Assembly (NCBI GenBank): GCA_964494085.1
Contig: CAZBQJ010000003.1
Span: forward strand, 137,458-201,457
Length of the DNA: 64,000 nt
Direction of reading: 5' to 3'
From: an uncultured Candidatus Peribacteria bacterium
GTDB taxonomy: Bacteria > Patescibacteriota > Gracilibacteria > UBA1369
Made by a program: the position numbers and the translations under genes. Of this stretch, positions 29,027-38,374 are shown in pieces. The notes under the pieces are model-generated. The model was not told where the DNA came from. It was given only the letters and a program-made list of their open reading frames with translations, and ran no database searches. Numbering within the stretch: the first letter of the stretch is position 1; every line of letters begins with the position of its first letter.

Positions 29027-30265
29027 GTGACTCGTTATAAAATTATCATCACAGGCTCAGTCGTCCTTGGTCTAGTATTATTTTCTTCGATCGCTTCGGC
29101 TCAAAACATTGTCATCGCTGATACCGCAGGCAGTATTGATAGCGAGAGCGCTCCGGAAGTGCAGATTTTTCCTTATCAGGCAACCTTTACCATTACCGCC
29201 TATTACTCTCCAGTCGCTGGACAAAAGCATTATGTTCGGGGCTCTTTCGAGGCTGACAAAAAGTTGAATGGAAATGGGCTTCATGGAGCCGATGGCACCA
29301 GTGTTTTTCCAGGAATGATTGCCGCCCCCAAAAGCATCCCTTTTGGTACTAAAATGAAAATCCCCGGCATTGGAACCGTCTCGGTTCATGATCGTGGCGG
29401 AGCGATAGTTTCCGCTGGTCAAAAAGGTCAGCAGCACGACCGCTTGGATATTTGGATGGGGCAAGGCGATGAGGGACTCAAGCGCGCTTTGCATTGGGGG
29501 CGTCGCACAGTCAATGTCATGGTTTATGGAATCGACGATTCAATTGATGAAAGCATTGATTTAACCGGAGTCTCAACTGAAGATTTTCCCGATACCAATC
29601 CTATCGCAGTCCAACTCAAGCACACCAATTTCGGGTTAGGAGAAAGTGATTCGGAAATAGCTCTAATCAAGCAAAAGTTAACCGACCTCAAGTATTATCA
29701 AGGGGCGATCGATCAGGATTTCAATTCGACTCTTTATCAAGCCGTTTTGAAATTCCAACTGGATTATCAGGTAGTTGATAGTGAAAATGATTTTGGAGCC
29801 GGTTACTTTGGGCCACAAACCAGAGTGACTTTAGAAAAAGCAATTCAAGGTTTAACCCCGACTACCAGCCGAGAACAAAACTTAATTCCTATTGCCAACG
29901 CCGATTCCACCAATACTGATCTATATCAAAAACAAGTCGCTCTAGCTGGAAACGGATTATCCTTTTTATCCCGCGACTTGGTTCTGGGAAGCTCGGGTCA
30001 GGCAGTTTTGGAATTACAAATCGAATTGGCAAAACTCCATTTACTCGGTATCCAGCCCACCGGTTACTATGGTGAAGTCACCGCCCATGCCGTTTTAAAA
30101 TTCCAACAAAGTCGAGGATTGATAGCCACAGAAAATGATTTTGGAGCTGGCACCTTCGGTCCCCTGACCAGGAGGGAATTATCCGAATTGGTTTATCAGC
30201 GCATCAATGCTCGCCAAATCATTGCCGATAACACCAGCAAAACTCACCTTTTGGCCAATAAATAA
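29027..30265 (+). CDS. secreted 3D-domain (MltA/YabE-like) protein with two peptidoglycan-binding (PG_binding_1) repeats
   Basis: Signal peptide MTRYKIIITGSVVLGLVLFSSIASAQ. 3D-domain region ...FGTKMKIPGIGTVSVHDRGGAI...DIW. Two ...KFQ...GYFGPQT/GTFGPLT repeats. GTG start. Confidence 0.75.
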   Translation: MTRYKIIITGSVVLGLVLFSSIASAQNIVIADTAGSIDSESAPEVQIFPYQATFTITAYYSPVAGQKHYVRGSFEADKKLNGNGLHGADGTSVFPGMIAAPKSIPFGTKMKIPGIGTVSVHDRGGAIVSAGQKGQQHDRLDIWMGQGDEGLKRALHWGRRTVNVMVYGIDDSIDESIDLTGVSTEDFPDTNPIAVQLKHTNFGLGESDSEIALIKQKLTDLKYYQGAIDQDFNSTLYQAVLKFQLDYQVVDSENDFGAGYFGPQTRVTLEKAIQGLTPTTSREQNLIPIANADSTNTDLYQKQVALAGNGLSFLSRDLVLGSSGQAVLELQIELAKLHLLGIQPTGYYGEVTAHAVLKFQQSRGLIATENDFGAGTFGPLTRRELSELVYQRINARQIIADNTSKTHLLANK

Positions 30266-30318
30266 GCGCACTGATAGCGATTGTGAAATGTGAGTTTTGT
30301 CACTTTCCATATTCCACT

Positions 30319-30346
30319 TTGCCTTAGAACAAATGTTCTATATAAT
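30319..30346 (+). promoter_or_regulatory. lexA promoter (-35 TTGCCT, 16-nt spacer, -10 TATAAT)
   Basis: TTGCCT at 30319-30324 and TATAAT at 30341-30346. Confidence 0.5.
30325..30340. promoter_or_regulatory. SOS box (Gram-positive Cheo-type GAAC-N4-GTTC LexA operator)
   Basis: Perfect palindrome TAGAACAAATGTTCTA that exactly occupies the promoter spacer upstream of lexA-dinB. Confidence 0.65.
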
Positions 30347-30374
30347 TAGACCGTCACCACCATAACGGTCTAAT
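30345..30374. repeat. perfect 10-bp inverted repeat with 10-nt spacer in the lexA leader
   Basis: ATTAGACCGT-caccaccata-ACGGTCTAAT, ending 5 nt before the lexA ATG. Confidence 0.4.
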
Positions 30375-30379
30375 CATAC

Positions 30380-31036
30380 ATGCCTAATTCCAGCCCAAAA
30401 GTACCAGTATCAAAACTCACGCTTCGACAAAAGGAAATATTGAAAAAGATTGACCAATTTTATCAGCAAGAAGGGTATTTCCCCTCTATTCGGGATCTCA
30501 ATCAAATTTTACGACTCAAATCTTCCAATACCATTTTTAGTCATCTCCAAACTTTAATTAAAAAAGGTTTTCTAAAGAAAAACAGCAAAGGCAAAATTAT
30601 CGCCACCACCAATTCCAGTAGCAATCTTCTCCAGAAAATCCAGCATTCCATCGCTGCTATCAGTATTCCTTATTTTTCTGAGGGTGTACCAGCAGGTTTC
30701 CAGGCGCCCGCTGAGGACGCCGGCAATGAAATGCTCACTGTCGACCAATACCTGATCCGCAGCCCCAACAATACCTTTGCTTTGAAGGTGAAGGGCCACT
30801 CCATGGAGAAGGCTGGTATTATGCCGGGTGATTTGCTTTTGGTGGAACGTCGAACTGACGCCAAAATCGGGCAAATCATTGTGGCTCATCTACCCAGTGG
30901 CTTTACTGTCAAAAGATTGGTCGAGCATCAAGGTCAAAAATTTCTTCAGGCTGAAAGCTCCCAGGATTATCAGATCAAACTGGAAGAGGGTACCGAGATC
31001 TGGGGAATCGTCATTGGCACCGTGCGAAAATATTAA
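30380..31036 (+). CDS. lexA: LexA repressor (S24 autopeptidase)
   Basis: N-terminal winged helix (LTLRQKEILKKI...), Ala-Gly cleavage-site candidates (VPAGF / EDAGN), GHSM (Ser nucleophile), TVKRL (Lys). Confidence 0.85.
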   Translation: MPNSSPKVPVSKLTLRQKEILKKIDQFYQQEGYFPSIRDLNQILRLKSSNTIFSHLQTLIKKGFLKKNSKGKIIATTNSSSNLLQKIQHSIAAISIPYFSEGVPAGFQAPAEDAGNEMLTVDQYLIRSPNNTFALKVKGHSMEKAGIMPGDLLLVERRTDAKIGQIIVAHLPSGFTVKRLVEHQGQKFLQAESSQDYQIKLEEGTEIWGIVIGTVRKY

Positions 31037-31068
31037 AATCTGTACCAAAAATTACTTTTTATAAACTG

Positions 31069-32307
31069 ATGCTTCACCAGACGTCTTATCCAACCGTCAT
31101 CGCTCATGTTGATTGCAACGCTTTCTTTGCTTCAGTTGAACAAGCTTACAACCCTGCCCTCAAAGGTAAGCCGGTCTTGGTCACCGGTATGGGCGGGAGC
31201 TGCGTGATTACCGCCAGTTATGAGGCTCGTAAATATAATATTCATATCGGCACCACTATTTGGGAAGCCCGGAAAATTTGTCCAAAGGCCATCGTTATCC
31301 CCGGTAATTTCAAACGCTATCTACTTTACAACCGTAATTTCATCGAAATCCTCAATGAATTTACGCCAGATGTCGAAGAGGCCAGTATAGATGAATGCTA
31401 TTTGGATTTGAAGGGATTGCGTAGACTTTTCCGCAAGTCTTATCCAGAAATTTGTCAGGATATCAAAGAAACAGTCAAAAGTCGCCTGGGTATTTCCGTC
31501 TCCATTGGACTTTCGACCAGTAAAGTCCTGGCTAAAACCGCCAGTAATTTCAAAAAACCGGATGCCGTCACGGTAGTGGTCGCCTCAGATATTGAAAAAT
31601 TCTTAACTCAAGTAAAACTCAAAGACATCAAAGGTATCGGTCACAATACTTTAGCATTGCTCAATAAAAAGAGGATTACCACCCCTTTGGAATTTACTGG
31701 CACAGATCCCCGATTAATTCAGCAATGGCTAGGAAAAACCGGCTGGGAATTACAAGCTGAATTACGGGGACAATCTGTTCGTAAAGTAACAACCGCTATC
31801 TCCATTCCCAAATCATTGGCTCGTACGCGATCCTTCCAAGTCACTCAAAGCAAAGAGTTTATTTATCAAGAAATTCTCAAAAACCTCTCTCTGGCCTTCT
31901 GGCATTTACGTAAAAATAAACTCAAAACCAGTTTTATTACTCTTATCTTACGCGACAAAGATTATCGTACCTCCGGCCAGGAAATCCGTCTCCCCGAAGA
32001 GATCAATTCGGAAATAGTCATCCTCTCACGTTTCCATCAGGCTTTCGAGCAACTCTATCAGCCTGGAATTTTTTATCGTAGCTCCGGCGTTATCACCACC
32101 GCGCTAGAGTACGAGCCGGAAATTCCCCCACAATTGTTTCCCAAAGATCTGGAAACCGGCAAACAAATCTCCCTCTTCGCCGGAATTGATCAGATCAATC
32201 AGAAATATGGGCCCTATTCAGTAACTCTGGCTCCTACCATCCACTACAAAAACAGCAGTACCAACCTCAGCAAACTCTATTTACCATTCATCGGCGTTGT
32301 AAATTAG
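31069..32307 (+). CDS. dinB: DNA polymerase IV (Y-family)
   Basis: IAHVDCNAFFASVEQ, SIDECYLD, GIGHNT; 412 aa. Lies 32 nt downstream of lexA. Confidence 0.9.
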   Translation: MLHQTSYPTVIAHVDCNAFFASVEQAYNPALKGKPVLVTGMGGSCVITASYEARKYNIHIGTTIWEARKICPKAIVIPGNFKRYLLYNRNFIEILNEFTPDVEEASIDECYLDLKGLRRLFRKSYPEICQDIKETVKSRLGISVSIGLSTSKVLAKTASNFKKPDAVTVVVASDIEKFLTQVKLKDIKGIGHNTLALLNKKRITTPLEFTGTDPRLIQQWLGKTGWELQAELRGQSVRKVTTAISIPKSLARTRSFQVTQSKEFIYQEILKNLSLAFWHLRKNKLKTSFITLILRDKDYRTSGQEIRLPEEINSEIVILSRFHQAFEQLYQPGIFYRSSGVITTALEYEPEIPPQLFPKDLETGKQISLFAGIDQINQKYGPYSVTLAPTIHYKNSSTNLSKLYLPFIGVVN

Positions 32308-32356
32308 ATTCACATCCAAAACATCGTCAATCTTTTGTCATCAGGGCAAATCAACT

Positions 32357-32442
32357 TGGTGCTGGAGAGAGGACTTGAACCTCCATGCCGATTAAGGCGC
32401 TAGCTCCTAAGGCTAGTGTGTCTGCCATTTCACCACTCCAGC
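32357..32442 (-). tRNA. tRNA-Leu (anticodon TAG)
   Basis: 86-nt class II tRNA on the reverse strand: GCTGGAG/CTCCAGC acceptor, anticodon loop CTTAGGA, long variable arm, encoded CCA. Confidence 0.9.
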
Positions 32443-32477
32443 AATTGCTGCCGACGTGTCGCGTCAAAAGCGTTATG

Positions 32478-32506
32478 AATATAATGAAAAACCTTCTTCA
32501 ATGCAA
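32478..32506 (-). promoter_or_regulatory. possible promoter for tRNA-Leu
   Basis: The minus strand reads TTGCAT (32506-32501), a 17-nt spacer, then TATATT (32483-32478), about 35 nt upstream of the tRNA 5' end. Read-through from the HIT gene is equally possible. Confidence 0.3.
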
Positions 32507-32518
32507 AACATTTGTTAT

Positions 32519-32833
32519 CTATTTTTCGCCCAGCAAATGCAAATGGATATGTGGAACTTCCTGGCCACCCTTTATGCCAACATTATAGACGAGTCTATAT
32601 CCTTCTAAATCCAGTTTTTTACCCATATCACGGGCAATTAAAACCAAATGACCCAGTAGCGATTGATCCTCATCCCGGGCGCCTATGATCGATGGAATTT
32701 CCTTCTTGGGGATAATCAATAAATGTATCTCTGCTTTCGGGTTTATATCATGAATCACAATACATAGCTCATCTTCGTACTCGATCTGAGCAGGAATTTC
32801 TTTGTTTATAATCTTGGTGAAAATGCTTGTCAT
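32519..32833 (-). CDS. HIT-family (histidine triad) nucleotide hydrolase
   Basis: 104 aa. C-terminal HIHLHLLG histidine triad; HinT-like N-terminus IFTKIINKEIPA. Confidence 0.85.
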   Translation of the reverse strand: MTSIFTKIINKEIPAQIEYEDELCIVIHDINPKAEIHLLIIPKKEIPSIIGARDEDQSLLGHLVLIARDMGKKLDLEGYRLVYNVGIKGGQEVPHIHLHLLGEK

Positions 32834-32844
32834 AGTACTGAACT

Positions 32845-33945
32845 TTACACTATTGACCCCTTAAGGGCTTCATCTAAAGCATATACAGCTCTACCAACAC
32901 GCACAAATTGGCCATTCTTTTGTAAATTCAGAGAAATTGTTCCTTTCTTTACTCGACGTTGTTTCAAAACACCGGCAATGATTTCCTGTTTAGTCATAGG
33001 AGACTTTTTTCGCAGTAAATTCTCGATCACATCTGCCACAGTACCCTTTTTGTAACCCCATTCCTTCAAGGCATAGAGACCTCTACCAACCAACACAAAT
33101 TGGTCGTATCGAATCAATTCATTGTGTACGGCCTGGGTTGTCACCAATTTTTTATCAAAACCGGCAGCCGAAATCCGATTGGCAATTTCTACAAAATGCA
33201 ACGGTTCTGTTGCTCTCTTCAAAACAATATAAGCTTTATCGCGGATACTGCGGGGATTGATATGTCTCCAAGAAGTCAATCCAAATCCTTCCGCTACTCT
33301 CTTTACTCTCTTATCAATTTCCATCGCTGAAATGATGAATGGAATTTCCATTTCTTTTCCTCTTTCAGTAAAAATTTCTTGGATTTCTTTAGCCAATTCA
33401 TCTTCTCCGCAAACATCACCTTTTCTATTCAAAAGTGAAATTCCGTTCGTAATTACAGCCTTCACATCCTCAAAACTGATGGTATTCAATTTCCAGAAAG
33501 GCTTGTAAACATTAGTTTTTTCAAATTTAACGATATCGATATTGATATTCAGTGCCAATCTAATGATATGGGCATCAGTTTCTTGTTTACTGAAAATCGT
33601 ATTGATTAATTCCGCGACCAGTTTATTTTCCAACAATAAACCGCCATTGGCTTTTAAAATATCCTTGGCATAATGATTAATTAAGCTAAGTTTTGTAGTT
33701 TCTACAGTTCTGCGCAATTTGCCTAAAGCAATCTTCTCAATTTGTCTGACTCTCTCTCTGGTGACCGAGAAGGCCTGGCCAATCTTCTCCAGAGTCTGCT
33801 TCGGCTTGTTGTCGAGGCAAAATCTTTTGATTATGACATCCTTTTCTTTGGGAGTCAAAACCATAAACATATCCTCAATAATGTCTATCAAATTGAGCTT
33901 ATCCTGTTGTGGCTGTGCTATTGTATTGGCTAAGTCTTGAGTCAT
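32845..33945 (-). CDS. sigma70-region-4 domain protein with two C-terminal HARE-HTH-like domains (no region 2); paralog A
   Basis: LTPKEKDVIIKRF...TLEKIGQAFSVTRERVRQIEKIALGKLRR (region 4). WRHINPRSIRDKAYIVLKRATEPLHFVEIANRI... and VADVIENLLRKKSPMTKQEI... resemble the RpoE-delta/HARE-HTH fold. Confidence 0.6.
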   Translation of the reverse strand: MTQDLANTIAQPQQDKLNLIDIIEDMFMVLTPKEKDVIIKRFCLDNKPKQTLEKIGQAFSVTRERVRQIEKIALGKLRRTVETTKLSLINHYAKDILKANGGLLLENKLVAELINTIFSKQETDAHIIRLALNINIDIVKFEKTNVYKPFWKLNTISFEDVKAVITNGISLLNRKGDVCGEDELAKEIQEIFTERGKEMEIPFIISAMEIDKRVKRVAEGFGLTSWRHINPRSIRDKAYIVLKRATEPLHFVEIANRISAAGFDKKLVTTQAVHNELIRYDQFVLVGRGLYALKEWGYKKGTVADVIENLLRKKSPMTKQEIIAGVLKQRRVKKGTISLNLQKNGQFVRVGRAVYALDEALKGSIV

Positions 33946-34224
33946 AAGCTAGAAACCTTAAATGTTGCTCTGGGTTTAGAATATATGGTTTGGTAACATT
34001 GTTGTCAAGCAAGAAATTTGACATCCTTCCCAATTTATTTATTACCATTGACATTCTCAAACCCTAAAGGCAGTATGCTACTATAAAAGGAAGATAGTGT
34101 CAAGGAGTCGGTCAATTTGCTTAAATTTTGGCTTAACATTATATTAAAGCCCCTTTAACCAAACAACTTTATTAGAGATCTGGAGAATCCAAATAATTTA
34201 CTGCAGAAAGCCAAATATTGGCGC

Positions 34225-35832
34225 TTGCTAGAGATCATCCCCGGCCTGCTGACCTGGACCGCCTTTATTTTTGTGATCGTCGGCTCCTTTGTTCTACCGA
34301 TTTTTACGGCCAACATCATCATTACTTATACCTTGATTTGGGTCTTTCGGACCTTTCATTTTTCCTTTAACCTGGCCAAGTCCTATTATTTTAGTCAAAG
34401 AGCTCAAAAGGTCGATTGGGAAAAGTTATTAAACTATCTGGAGCAGCCTCAAAAACTCCAATATGTAATTAAAAAGAAACGTTTCCATCTCGATCCTTTG
34501 ATTTTCAACAATCAAGCCAAGCCGGTAGAAATACTTCTAAATGATAAAATCAGTCAACTGGCCAGTACAGGGCAAAATTTAAAGCCATCAGAAGTTATTC
34601 ACTGCATCACCATAGTCACTTACAAGGAGTCTTATGAAGTAATCCGAACTTCCGTCGAATCTTATGCTAAAAGTTCCTATAATCTCAAAAAAGTCATTTT
34701 AGTCTTGGCTTGTGAAGAGTCGGATCGAGCCAATGCCACATGCATCTCCAAACAAATCAAAAAGGAGTTTGGCCATTTATTTATGGATTTCATCCAAACT
34801 TTTCATCCCCAAAATCTACCAAATGAATTAAAAGGACGTGCCGGCAACGCTACTTGGTCCGCCAAAATCGTTAAACAATATTTGGAAGATCATAATTTTT
34901 CCTTTGACCAAGTCATCTTGTCGAGCTTCGATGCAGACACGGTAATCAGTAAGGACTTTCTTAGTGAGTTAACTTTTCGCTATTGTATAACAGCAAACCG
35001 TGTAGAAGTGGGCTATCAACCTGTCCCTTTTTATCACAACAACATTTGGGATGTTCCTATATTCAATAGATTGGTAGCTATTTCTTGTTCTTTTTGGCAA
35101 TTATCTGTCAGTTTACGTAAAGATGAGAATAAAAGTTTTTCTTCCCGTTCAATGAGTTTCCAATCAGTAATCGATTTCAATTATTGGGACGCCCGCATAG
35201 TTCAAGACGATTCCAGACAATATTGGACTGCCTTTTTTGTGTATAAAGGCCGTCATTATTTGGAGAATATCTATAGCCCCGTCTATATGGACGCCGTACT
35301 CAGTGATTCCTATCTGGATACAATTAAAAGTCAATACAAACAATTACGCAGATGGGCCTGGGGTGTCAGCGATTTCCCCTTCATTGTCGTCAATATGATC
35401 CATAGTAAAGAAATCCCTCTAGGTAGAAAAGTGTATGAAATTTTACACTTTTTAGAAAGCGTGTTTTTTTGGGCAACCGGACCAATTCTACTATTATTTG
35501 CCGGATCAATTCCCAGTTTACTCAACACCAATTTTGGTACCACCGTCCTCAGTCACAATTTGCCGATTATGATGAGTACTTTGATGAACATAGCCGCTAT
35601 CGGTATTATCGTTTGTATCATCATCACCGCCAGAATCATTCCATTTGAGAAACAAAAGAATCTCTATCGCAAGGTTTCACTCTTTTTACAATGGTTGCTC
35701 GTTCCTATAGTCTCTATTACGCTCAGCTCCATCCCCGCTATAGACGCCCAAACCAGACTGATGTTAAACAAGCGACTTGATTTCCAAGTTACTCAAAAAA
35801 GTCGGCGAAAAGCAATCGAGGCGGAAGCCTAA
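34225..35832 (+). CDS. integral-membrane processive family-2 glycosyltransferase (cellulose/chitin-synthase-like)
   Basis: GRAGNATWS, SFDADTV (DxD), VQDDSRQ, QLRRWAWG (QxxRW). TM helices at both ends. TTG start. Confidence 0.7.
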   Translation: MLEIIPGLLTWTAFIFVIVGSFVLPIFTANIIITYTLIWVFRTFHFSFNLAKSYYFSQRAQKVDWEKLLNYLEQPQKLQYVIKKKRFHLDPLIFNNQAKPVEILLNDKISQLASTGQNLKPSEVIHCITIVTYKESYEVIRTSVESYAKSSYNLKKVILVLACEESDRANATCISKQIKKEFGHLFMDFIQTFHPQNLPNELKGRAGNATWSAKIVKQYLEDHNFSFDQVILSSFDADTVISKDFLSELTFRYCITANRVEVGYQPVPFYHNNIWDVPIFNRLVAISCSFWQLSVSLRKDENKSFSSRSMSFQSVIDFNYWDARIVQDDSRQYWTAFFVYKGRHYLENIYSPVYMDAVLSDSYLDTIKSQYKQLRRWAWGVSDFPFIVVNMIHSKEIPLGRKVYEILHFLESVFFWATGPILLLFAGSIPSLLNTNFGTTVLSHNLPIMMSTLMNIAAIGIIVCIIITARIIPFEKQKNLYRKVSLFLQWLLVPIVSITLSSIPAIDAQTRLMLNKRLDFQVTQKSRRKAIEAEA

Positions 35833-36335
35833 CCGGTTTTACCAACAAACTGTTTCCACAGACCAATGATATACTCTTCAGCCACTTTGGCAGCTCTTTT
35901 CAATTGTAATAAAACCCCGTTCAAAAACCGCATTCGCTTCACCTTATCATTTAAAATGAATGGCGATGGATTCTTATCTTTCATCAAAACCTTAATTTCC
36001 TTTTCTGTCTTCGTTAGTTCTTCTTCTATGGCCGCTACAGTCTCCTGAATCATTGTATTCACCGAAGGCAGCGCCTTTATCGCAGTTTTGCCATCAGTCT
36101 GTGATCTTTGAGTTTTAGTTGTAGAACCCGATCCTTGTTCCTGCACTGTCTCATCCTTTTCGTCAAAACTCCCGCCTTCCTCACTGTCTTCATTTAAAAC
36201 ATTAACATTCCCGGAAACATTGATCTTCGTCTCCAAGATTTCTTGTCCTTCAATAGTTGGCTTGATCACCTCATTTCCTTCGCGTTCTCGGTTAATCTCC
36301 AATCTGGAACCTGGTTTTATTAATTTATCAGTCAT
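35829..36335 (-). CDS. hypothetical acidic protein
   Basis: 168-aa ORF with no motif. Convergent 4-nt overlap with the GT2 gene. Confidence 0.45.
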   Translation of the reverse strand: MTDKLIKPGSRLEINREREGNEVIKPTIEGQEILETKINVSGNVNVLNEDSEEGGSFDEKDETVQEQGSGSTTKTQRSQTDGKTAIKALPSVNTMIQETVAAIEEELTKTEKEIKVLMKDKNPSPFILNDKVKRMRFLNGVLLQLKRAAKVAEEYIIGLWKQFVGKTG

Positions 36336-36416
36336 AAATATCTACATATATTTTAGCACAAAACAGTCAACAAAAGAACAAATTCATGATACAATAGTAT
36401 AATTAGTCAATTTACC

Positions 36417-37334
36417 ATGACTTCATTAAAAGAGTTCGAAAACCAGGTCAAAGCGGACATAGCAGCAGAAAACTGGGCGGCAGCCTATAAAATATGTAAT
36501 CAAATCTTAGGCTATGATCCGGAAAATGCGACATTTTTAAAGCTCCGAAACCAGATTGAGCATGAAGTTAAACTAATCAATCAGCGTTCAATTCATGCAG
36601 AATTAGCAAAATTGGAAGAATTACTCAAGACTCACCAATATGAGGAATATTTACGTAAAATAGCACCTCTCCAGACTTATGTCGGCGATTTTCCGGAAAT
36701 CGGGACAAAAATTCTCCAGGCCAAGAAATTACTTGATCAGGAGTTTCAAGCCAGAAAAGATCAGGCTCTGGCAGATATTAGCAAAGAGATAAAGGAGCAA
36801 GGTGATAATTTGGACATTCCCTTAACTTTACAGAAATTAGACCAGCTTTATAAGCTGAATATTAATCAAGAGTTAGTTTTAAATTTACAGAAGAAGGTCA
36901 AGAAAACCTGGATCAACCTGCAAATAAAACGCAATCAAGGTTTATTGAACAGTCAAAAGTACGAAGACATGATTATTTTCCTGCTCAAATTAAAAAAAAT
37001 TGAACCTGGTAATCCTCAAGTCCTATCTCTAATCAAGAAAGTAAAAAATCAATACCAATTACAAAAGATCGAGAACAAAAAGGATTTTATTTTCAAGACA
37101 ATTGAAGAAATAAAAACACTCTTCATTACTCAGAAGTACGACAAAAGTATGGAACTGGCGGAAAGGGTACTTTATATCGATCCCAAAAATATCCTCGCCA
37201 ACAAATACCTAAAAAAGGCTAGAATAAAGGCTGACAAACAATCACAAAGTTTCATCAGCAGCCAAATTCAAAAAAATTATTTAAAATTTCCAACCACCAA
37301 GCCTTTCCTGGAAGGAAACTATGTCAAAATCTAG
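36417..37334 (+). CDS. TPR-like/coiled-coil protein
   Basis: TPR-like segments at both ends (NWAAAYKICNQILGYDPENA; YDKSMELAERVLYIDPKNILA). Lys/Gln-rich helical middle. Confidence 0.55.
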   Translation: MTSLKEFENQVKADIAAENWAAAYKICNQILGYDPENATFLKLRNQIEHEVKLINQRSIHAELAKLEELLKTHQYEEYLRKIAPLQTYVGDFPEIGTKILQAKKLLDQEFQARKDQALADISKEIKEQGDNLDIPLTLQKLDQLYKLNINQELVLNLQKKVKKTWINLQIKRNQGLLNSQKYEDMIIFLLKLKKIEPGNPQVLSLIKKVKNQYQLQKIENKKDFIFKTIEEIKTLFITQKYDKSMELAERVLYIDPKNILANKYLKKARIKADKQSQSFISSQIQKNYLKFPTTKPFLEGNYVKI

Positions 37335-38374
37335 TCGGCCAGTGCACCCTTTAAAGCGTATTGCTTTCTACCGACCCTGGTAAATTGGCTTTTGTTTTTA
37401 AGACTTAGAACTACTGTTATTGGCTTTACTTGGCGCTGTTTCAGCACTTCCGAAATTATCTCCTCCTGTGACATAGAAGGTCGCCCTCTCAAAATAGTCG
37501 AAATCACATCAGCCACTGTACCACTCTTAAATCCCCATTCAGTTAACCCATAAATGCCTCTGCCGATTAAAATAAATTCATCATGACGGATCAGTTCATT
37601 ATGAACCGCCTGCAAATTAATTTTCTTTTTATCAAATTTACCTTCAATAATTCTATTGGCAATATCAACAAAGTGCAGAGGACCTTTATTCATTCTCAGC
37701 ACATAATAAATCTTGTCTCTCAAAGTTCTGGGATTGATATGTCTCCATTCAAACAAGCCCACCGACCCCGGCTCAACCAGTTTAATTTTCTTATCAATTT
37801 GCACCAATGACTGGTAAGCCACAGCTGACAAACCATTAACTTCACCTTCGATCAAAGCATCGTAAAGTGAATCCACCTTGATCACATTCTTGGTTTTTAG
37901 TAGATAATCTACAGTTTTTCTACAAATCCCTTCCAGTTCAGCCTGGTTTAACTCAGCCAATTTTAAATATGGGTAAAAACAAACTGTATTGGCGATTCTG
38001 TTAAACCTTTTATCAATTGACAGAATTAGTTGCAAAACCTCCACCGGATATTCCGATTTCTGATTTATTAAATGAGCCAATAAACTCTCTTCTTTCAAAA
38101 TACCACCCGCCTTCACTATGGCTTCATAAGCCATATCACCAACATCGATCAATGGACAATTCTCCAGGTTTCTTTTCAATTTATTCAAGGCATTCTTTTC
38201 AATTTGGCGAATCCTTTCTCTGGTAACTGAAAAATGCTGTCCAATTTCTTCCAAAGTAGCTCTTTCTTTGTTATCCAAATTGAACCTTCGCTCCACAACA
38301 AACCTTTCCTTTTGAGTCAAAAGCAGTAAGAAATCTTGAATAAGCTTAGTAAAACTTTCAACTGCAGTTGTCAT
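37331..38374 (-). CDS. sigma70-region-4 domain protein with two C-terminal HARE-HTH-like domains; paralog B
   Basis: LTQKERFVVERRF...TLEEIGQHFSVTRERIRQIEKNALNKLKR; WRHINPRTLRDKIYYVLRMNKGPLHFVDIANRI; VADVISTILRGRPSMSQEEI. Collinear with 32845-33945. Confidence 0.6.
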   Translation of the reverse strand: MTTAVESFTKLIQDFLLLLTQKERFVVERRFNLDNKERATLEEIGQHFSVTRERIRQIEKNALNKLKRNLENCPLIDVGDMAYEAIVKAGGILKEESLLAHLINQKSEYPVEVLQLILSIDKRFNRIANTVCFYPYLKLAELNQAELEGICRKTVDYLLKTKNVIKVDSLYDALIEGEVNGLSAVAYQSLVQIDKKIKLVEPGSVGLFEWRHINPRTLRDKIYYVLRMNKGPLHFVDIANRIIEGKFDKKKINLQAVHNELIRHDEFILIGRGIYGLTEWGFKSGTVADVISTILRGRPSMSQEEIISEVLKQRQVKPITVVLSLKNKSQFTRVGRKQYALKGALAD

